From contig CANRED010000002.1 in the NCBI GenBank assembly GCA_947629555.1, positions 3,071 to 67,070 of the forward strand: 64,000 nucleotides of DNA, given 5' to 3'. The stretch's first letter is position 1; the number at the start of each line of letters is the position of its first letter. Below are positions 59,501 through 64,000 of the stretch, in pieces. The position numbers and the translations under genes are program-made. This stretch comes from an uncultured Clostridia bacterium (GTDB taxonomy: Bacteria; Bacillota; Clostridia; TANB77; CAG-508). Below the pieces are notes generated by a model, which was given only the letters and a program-made list of their open reading frames with translations, was not told the DNA's origin and searched no databases.

Positions 59501-60688
59501 ATGAGTAAAAAAACAATTAGAGATATTGATGTAAATGGTAAAAAGGTGCTAGTAAGATGCGACTTTAATGTACCACAAGATAAAGAAACTGGTGCAATAA
59601 CAGATAATAGAAGAATAAAAAGTGCATTACCTACAATACAATATTTAATAGATAATAATGCAAAAGTAATACTTTGTTCACATTTGGGTAGACCAAAGGG
59701 AGAAGTAAACGAAAAATATTCTTTAAAAATAGTTGCAGATGAATTAAGTAGGCTTTTAGGAAAAGAAGTAAAATTAGCTAAAGATATAGTCGGAGATAGT
59801 GCAAAAGAACTTGTATCTCAAATGAAGAATGGTGATGTAGTATTATTAGAAAATGTAAGATTTGATGCAAGAGAAGAGAAAAATGATAGAGAATTATCAA
59901 AAGAACTAGCAAGTTTAGCAGAAATATATGTAAATGATGCTTTTGGAACAGCTCATAGAGCACATAGTTCAACAGCAGGTGTAGCTGAATTTTTACCAGC
60001 AGTTTCAGGATTTTTAATAGAAAAAGAAATAAGATTCTTAGGAGATGCTTTACAAAATCCAGAAAGGCCATTCGTTGCAATACTAGGTGGAGCCAAAGTA
60101 TCAGATAAAATAGCGGTTATAGAAAAACTAATAGAAAAAGTAGATAAATTACTAATAGGTGGAGGAATGTCATTTACTTTCTTAAAAGCACAAGGACACA
60201 ACATAGGAAAATCAATTTGTGAAGAAGATAAATTAGATTTAGCAAGGGAATTGTTAGAAAAAGCTAAAGCAAAAGGTGTTGAAATAGTATTACCAATAGA
60301 TTCAAATATAACAACAGACTATTCAAATGATACAGAAAATAAAATAGTACATTCACAGAATATACCAGATGGTTGGGAAGGATTAGACATTGGACCAGAC
60401 ACTATAGCTAAATTTAAAGAAATATTAAAAACAGCAAAAACAGTAATGTGGAATGGACCATTAGGAGTTTGCGAATTTTCAAAATATGAAACAGGGACAA
60501 AAGAAATAGCAACACAATTAGGTAATATAGATGCAGTAACAATAATAGGTGGAGGAGATTCTGCAGCAGCAATAGAAAAACTTGGCTTGGCAGATAAAAT
60601 GACTCATATATCAACAGGTGGAGGAGCATCGTTAGAATTTTTAGAAGGAAAACAACTACCAGGAATAGAATGTTTACAAGATAAATAA
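59501..60688 (+). CDS. pgk: phosphoglycerate kinase
   Basis: [22 protein letters not shown] motifs. Confidence 0.95.
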   Translation: MSKKTIRDIDVNGKKVLVRCDFNVPQDKETGAITDNRRIKSALPTIQYLIDNNAKVILCSHLGRPKGEVNEKYSLKIVADELSRLLGKEVKLAKDIVGDSAKELVSQMKNGDVVLLENVRFDAREEKNDRELSKELASLAEIYVNDAFGTAHRAHSSTAGVAEFLPAVSGFLIEKEIRFLGDALQNPERPFVAILGGAKVSDKIAVIEKLIEKVDKLLIGGGMSFTFLKAQGHNIGKSICEEDKLDLARELLEKAKAKGVEIVLPIDSNITTDYSNDTENKIVHSQNIPDGWEGLDIGPDTIAKFKEILKTAKTVMWNGPLGVCEFSKYETGTKEIATQLGNIDAVTIIGGGDSAAAIEKLGLADKMTHISTGGGASLEFLEGKQLPGIECLQDK

Positions 60689-60714
60689 ATATTCCATATA
60701 GAAAGGATGGTAAT

Positions 60715-61464
60715 ATGAGAAAAAAAGTAATAGCAGGAAATTGGAAAATGAATAAACTTCCAAATGAAGCAATAGAATTAATAGAAAAATTAACTCCACT
60801 TGTAAAAGATACAGATAACGAAGTAGTAGTATGTGTACCATACATAGATTTATTTTATGTTTTAATGCAAGCACAAGGAACAAATATAAAAGTAGGTGCA
60901 CAAAATATGCACTGGGAAGAAAAAGGTGCATATACAGGAGAAATATCTGGAGAAATGCTAAGTAAAATGGGAGTTGAATATGTTATAATAGGACATTCAG
61001 AAAGAAGAGCATACTTTGCAGAAACAGATGAAACAGTAAACAAAAAAATAAAAGCAGCACTATCATATAATTTAAAACCAATAGTTTGCGTTGGAGAATC
61101 ATTAGAACAAAGAGAAGCAGGAGTCGCAAAGGATGTAATAACAAAACAAACGGAATTAGCTTTAGCAGGGATTGCACCAGAAAGCTTAGAGAAAATAATA
61201 ATTGCTTATGAACCAATTTGGGCAATAGGAACAGGAAAGACAGCAACAAAAGAAGATGCAAATGAAACTATTAAATGGATAAGAGAAAAAATTGTCGAAA
61301 TATATGGACAAAAAATAGCGGATGGAGTTATAATACAGTACGGCGGAAGCGTAAAATCTTCTAATGCAAAAGATTTATTTGAAATGAGCGACATAGATGG
61401 TGGATTAGTAGGTGGAGCAAGCTTAGATGCAGAAGAATTTGCAAAAATCGTAAACTACAAATAG
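60715..61464 (+). CDS. tpiA: triosephosphate isomerase
   Basis: [26 protein letters not shown] motifs. Confidence 0.95.
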   Translation: MRKKVIAGNWKMNKLPNEAIELIEKLTPLVKDTDNEVVVCVPYIDLFYVLMQAQGTNIKVGAQNMHWEEKGAYTGEISGEMLSKMGVEYVIIGHSERRAYFAETDETVNKKIKAALSYNLKPIVCVGESLEQREAGVAKDVITKQTELALAGIAPESLEKIIIAYEPIWAIGTGKTATKEDANETIKWIREKIVEIYGQKIADGVIIQYGGSVKSSNAKDLFEMSDIDGGLVGGASLDAEEFAKIVNYK

Positions 61465-61570
61465 ACATAAAAACACATGGCAAATTGTATGGGTTGCAAG
61501 CTATACAATCCGCACTCCAAAAGGAACATAAAGTATTTTACAAATAATAAAGAAAGAGGACGATATAACT

Positions 61571-63100
61571 ATGGATAAAAAAGTTACAATGCTAATGATA
61601 TTAGACGGATATGGAATAAATACAAAAGAAGACGGAAATGCAGTAAAACAGGCAAATACACCAACATTAGATAAATTAATAAAACAAAATCCAAATACTC
61701 AAATTCATACTAGTGGATTAGATGTAGGTTTACCAGAAGGACAAATGGGAAATTCAGAGGTTGGTCATACTAATATTGGTGCAGGAAGAATAATATATCA
61801 AGAATTAACAAGAATTACAAAATCAATAGAAGACGGAGACTTTTTCAGTATACCAGAACTTGTAAATGCTATAGATAATTGTAAAAAACACAATTCAAAA
61901 TTACACATAATGGGATTATTATCTGATGGTGGAGTTCATAGTCATATACGTCATTTATATGCATTATTAGAACTTGCAAAAAGAAAAGATTTTTCAGATG
62001 TATATGTTCATTGCTTTTTAGACGGAAGAGATACACCACCAGCATCAGCAGAAATGTATATAGCAGAACTAGAAAAGAAAATGACTGAAAAAGGTGTTGG
62101 AAAAATAGCAAGCATAATAGGTAGATTTTATGCAATGGATAGAGATAAAAGATGGGAAAGAATAGAAAAAGCATATAGAGCATTAGTAGATGGAATTGGA
62201 GAAAAAGCAGGAAGCGCAATAAAAGCAATAGAAGATTCTTACCAAAAAGAAGTTTTTGATGAATTCGTTGTTCCAACTATTATATGTAATGGTGAAGAGC
62301 CAATAGCTACAATAGGTGAAAACGATTCTGTAATATTCTTTAACTTTAGACCAGATAGAGCAAGAGAAATAACTAGAACACTTGTAGATAAAGATTTTAA
62401 TGGGTTTGAAAGAAAATTCTTTAATTTATATTATGTATGCTTTACAAACTATGATGAAACATTGCCAAATGTTAATATAGCATTTAAAAAGGATGAAATA
62501 AAAAATACTTTTGGAGAATATGTAAGCAAACTAGGTTTAACGCAATTAAGAATTGCGGAAACAGAAAAATACGCACATGTTACATTTTTCTTTAATGGAG
62601 GGGAAGAAAAACAATATCCGGGAGAAGATAGAATACTTGTGCCTTCACCAAAAGTAGAGACTTATGATTTAAAACCAGAAATGAGCGCAATTGAAGTAAC
62701 AGATAAAGTTGTAGATGCAATAATGCAAGAAAAATATGATTGTATAATATTAAACTATGCAAATCCAGATATGGTAGGACATACAGGAAATTTTGATGCT
62801 GCTGTAAAGGCAATAGAAACAATAGATGCTTGTGTTGCAAGAGTATTAGAAGCAATAGAAGCTAAAAAAGGAACATTATTAATAACAGCAGATCATGGAA
62901 ATGCAGAGCAAATGATAGATTATGCTACAGGCGAGCCACATACAGCACATACAACAAATGTAGTACCTTTAATATTGGTCGGTAGAGACGAGTATAAACT
63001 AAAGTCTGGAAGACTTGCAGATTTAGCTCCAACAATGTTGGATTTAATGGGATTAGAAAAACCTCAAGAAATGACAGGAGAATCCCTATTAATAAAATAG
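61571..63100 (+). CDS. gpmI: 2,3-bisphosphoglycerate-independent phosphoglycerate mutase
   Basis: ILDGYG, GNSEVGH, TADHGNAE motifs. 509 aa. Confidence 0.95.
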   Translation: MDKKVTMLMILDGYGINTKEDGNAVKQANTPTLDKLIKQNPNTQIHTSGLDVGLPEGQMGNSEVGHTNIGAGRIIYQELTRITKSIEDGDFFSIPELVNAIDNCKKHNSKLHIMGLLSDGGVHSHIRHLYALLELAKRKDFSDVYVHCFLDGRDTPPASAEMYIAELEKKMTEKGVGKIASIIGRFYAMDRDKRWERIEKAYRALVDGIGEKAGSAIKAIEDSYQKEVFDEFVVPTIICNGEEPIATIGENDSVIFFNFRPDRAREITRTLVDKDFNGFERKFFNLYYVCFTNYDETLPNVNIAFKKDEIKNTFGEYVSKLGLTQLRIAETEKYAHVTFFFNGGEEKQYPGEDRILVPSPKVETYDLKPEMSAIEVTDKVVDAIMQEKYDCIILNYANPDMVGHTGNFDAAVKAIETIDACVARVLEAIEAKKGTLLITADHGNAEQMIDYATGEPHTAHTTNVVPLILVGRDEYKLKSGRLADLAPTMLDLMGLEKPQEMTGESLLIK

Positions 63101-63110
63101 TTTTTATAAA

Positions 63111-63252
63111 AATAATCTATATATAATTTTCAAATGAACGAATGTGGGGACCGACAAATTACAGTATGTTGAAGAATTTACGAAAGTAAAATTCGGCATA
63201 CATACTGTTATGCAGTTGGGAGTGAATTTAGAAAATTATATATAGATTATTA
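63111..63252. repeat. 142-nt foldback element with 21-bp perfect terminal inverted repeats
   Basis: AATAATCTATATATAATTTTC (63111-63131) pairs with GAAATTATATATAGATTATT-type arm GAAAATTATATATAGATTATT (63232-63252). Inner helices are ACAGTATGT/ACATACTGT and GAATTTAC/GTAAAATTC. Confidence 0.8.
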
Positions 63253-63316
63253 TAGGAAAATTAAATTTAGTTATTAATATTATAAATATATATGAAAATT
63301 GAAAGGAGCAATAAAA

Positions 63317-64000
63317 ATGATTTATTCAAAAGAAGTAGAAGAAATGTGTCCAGTTGCAAAAGGAGTAGACCATGGACCAGCCCCAATTCCAGAAGAAGGA
63401 AAATGGGTAAAATCTAAAGAAATTAAAGATATTTCAGGATTAACACATGGTATTGGTTGGTGTGCGCCACAACAAGGAGCATGTAAATTAACATTAAATG
63501 TAAAAGAAGGAATAATACAAGAAGCATTAGTTGAAACAATAGGATGTTCTGGAATGACACATTCAGCAGCAATGGCAGGAGAAATATTAGTAGGAAAAAC
63601 AATATTAGAAGCGTTAAATACAGACTTAGTTTGTGATGCTATAAATACTGCAATGAGAGAATTATTTTTACAAATAGTATATGGAAGAACACAATCTGCT
63701 TTTTCAGAAGGAGGATTACCAATAGGTGCAGGACTTGAAGACTTAGGAAAAGGAACAAGAAGCCAAGTTGGAACAATATATTCAACATTATCAAAAGGTC
63801 CAAGATACTTAGAATTAGCAGAAGGATACATAACAGATATAGGTTTAGACAAAGACAATCAAATAATAGGATATAAATATGTAAACTTAGGAAAAATGAT
63901 GGAAAACATAAAAAAAGGAATAGAGCCATTAGAAGCAATAGAAAAAGCATCAGGAAAATATGGTAGATTTGATGAGGCGGTTAAAATAATAGACCCACGT
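63317..64000 (+). CDS. NifU/IscU-like Fe-S scaffold-domain protein, 3' end outside the window
   Basis: Not in the ORF track because no stop is reached. AAAGGAG precedes ATG 63317. The stretch GWCAPQQGACKLTLNVKEGIIQEALVETIGCSGMTHSAAMAGEILVGKTILEA resembles the IscU pattern of Cys residues. Confidence 0.5.
   Translation, partial: MIYSKEVEEMCPVAKGVDHGPAPIPEEGKWVKSKEIKDISGLTHGIGWCAPQQGACKLTLNVKEGIIQEALVETIGCSGMTHSAAMAGEILVGKTILEALNTDLVCDAINTAMRELFLQIVYGRTQSAFSEGGLPIGAGLEDLGKGTRSQVGTIYSTLSKGPRYLELAEGYITDIGLDKDNQIIGYKYVNLGKMMENIKKGIEPLEAIEKASGKYGRFDEAVKIIDPR

Noticed and set aside
61465-61570. Hairpin ATTGTAT/ATACAAT with loop GGGTTGCAAGC in the tpiA-gpmI spacer, considered as another TGTAG-family member because of TGTATGGG.
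   Set aside because: The prefix is TGTAT, not TGTAG. The stem is AT-rich and the GC-rich part is in the loop, so it does not fit the family architecture. It is probably an ordinary intercistronic hairpin.

Overview
Very AT-rich, almost unidirectionally transcribed chromosomal segment of a low-GC, spore-forming Firmicute. Spo0A and SpoVT are both present, so it looks Clostridia-like. Most of the window is housekeeping: short alaS, HIT, sortase, tRNA-His/Gln, tig-clpP-clpX, cmk, plsC, typA, spo0A, tRNA-Gly, ftsY, carAB, argS, mreB, mtaB, murE and gap-pgk-tpiA-gpmI. One accessory block of about 20 kb (25.1-45.0 kb) is a Wzx/Wzy-type cell-envelope glycopolymer locus. It carries WecA/TagO-like and LCP genes, the L-FucNAc pathway (fnlABC/capEFG-like), five GT-B glycosyltransferases (one WbuB-like GT4 plus four group-1), a GT2 + GT-C + GtrA decoration module and glf. 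I did not find a CRISPR array, a transposase, a prophage or an obvious defence operon. The most unusual signal lies in the spacers, not in a gene cluster. A family of GC-rich hairpin repeats, each prefixed by TGTAG (REP/BIME-like), sits between genes. It includes base-identical copies at distant loci, composite modules, a three-unit cluster and stem-swapped variants. Other points worth a second look:
- a 58-nt perfect palindrome after mreB
- two foldback elements with long AT-rich inverted repeats
- a 1-nt frameshift in mtaB
- a decayed gtrA remnant
- a 586-aa mini AlaRS
- an untracked 53-codon basic ORF with a consensus promoter and terminator
- a leader-ORF/terminator arrangement in front of carAB
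All calls come from reading the sequence and ORF translations by eye; no database search was possible.
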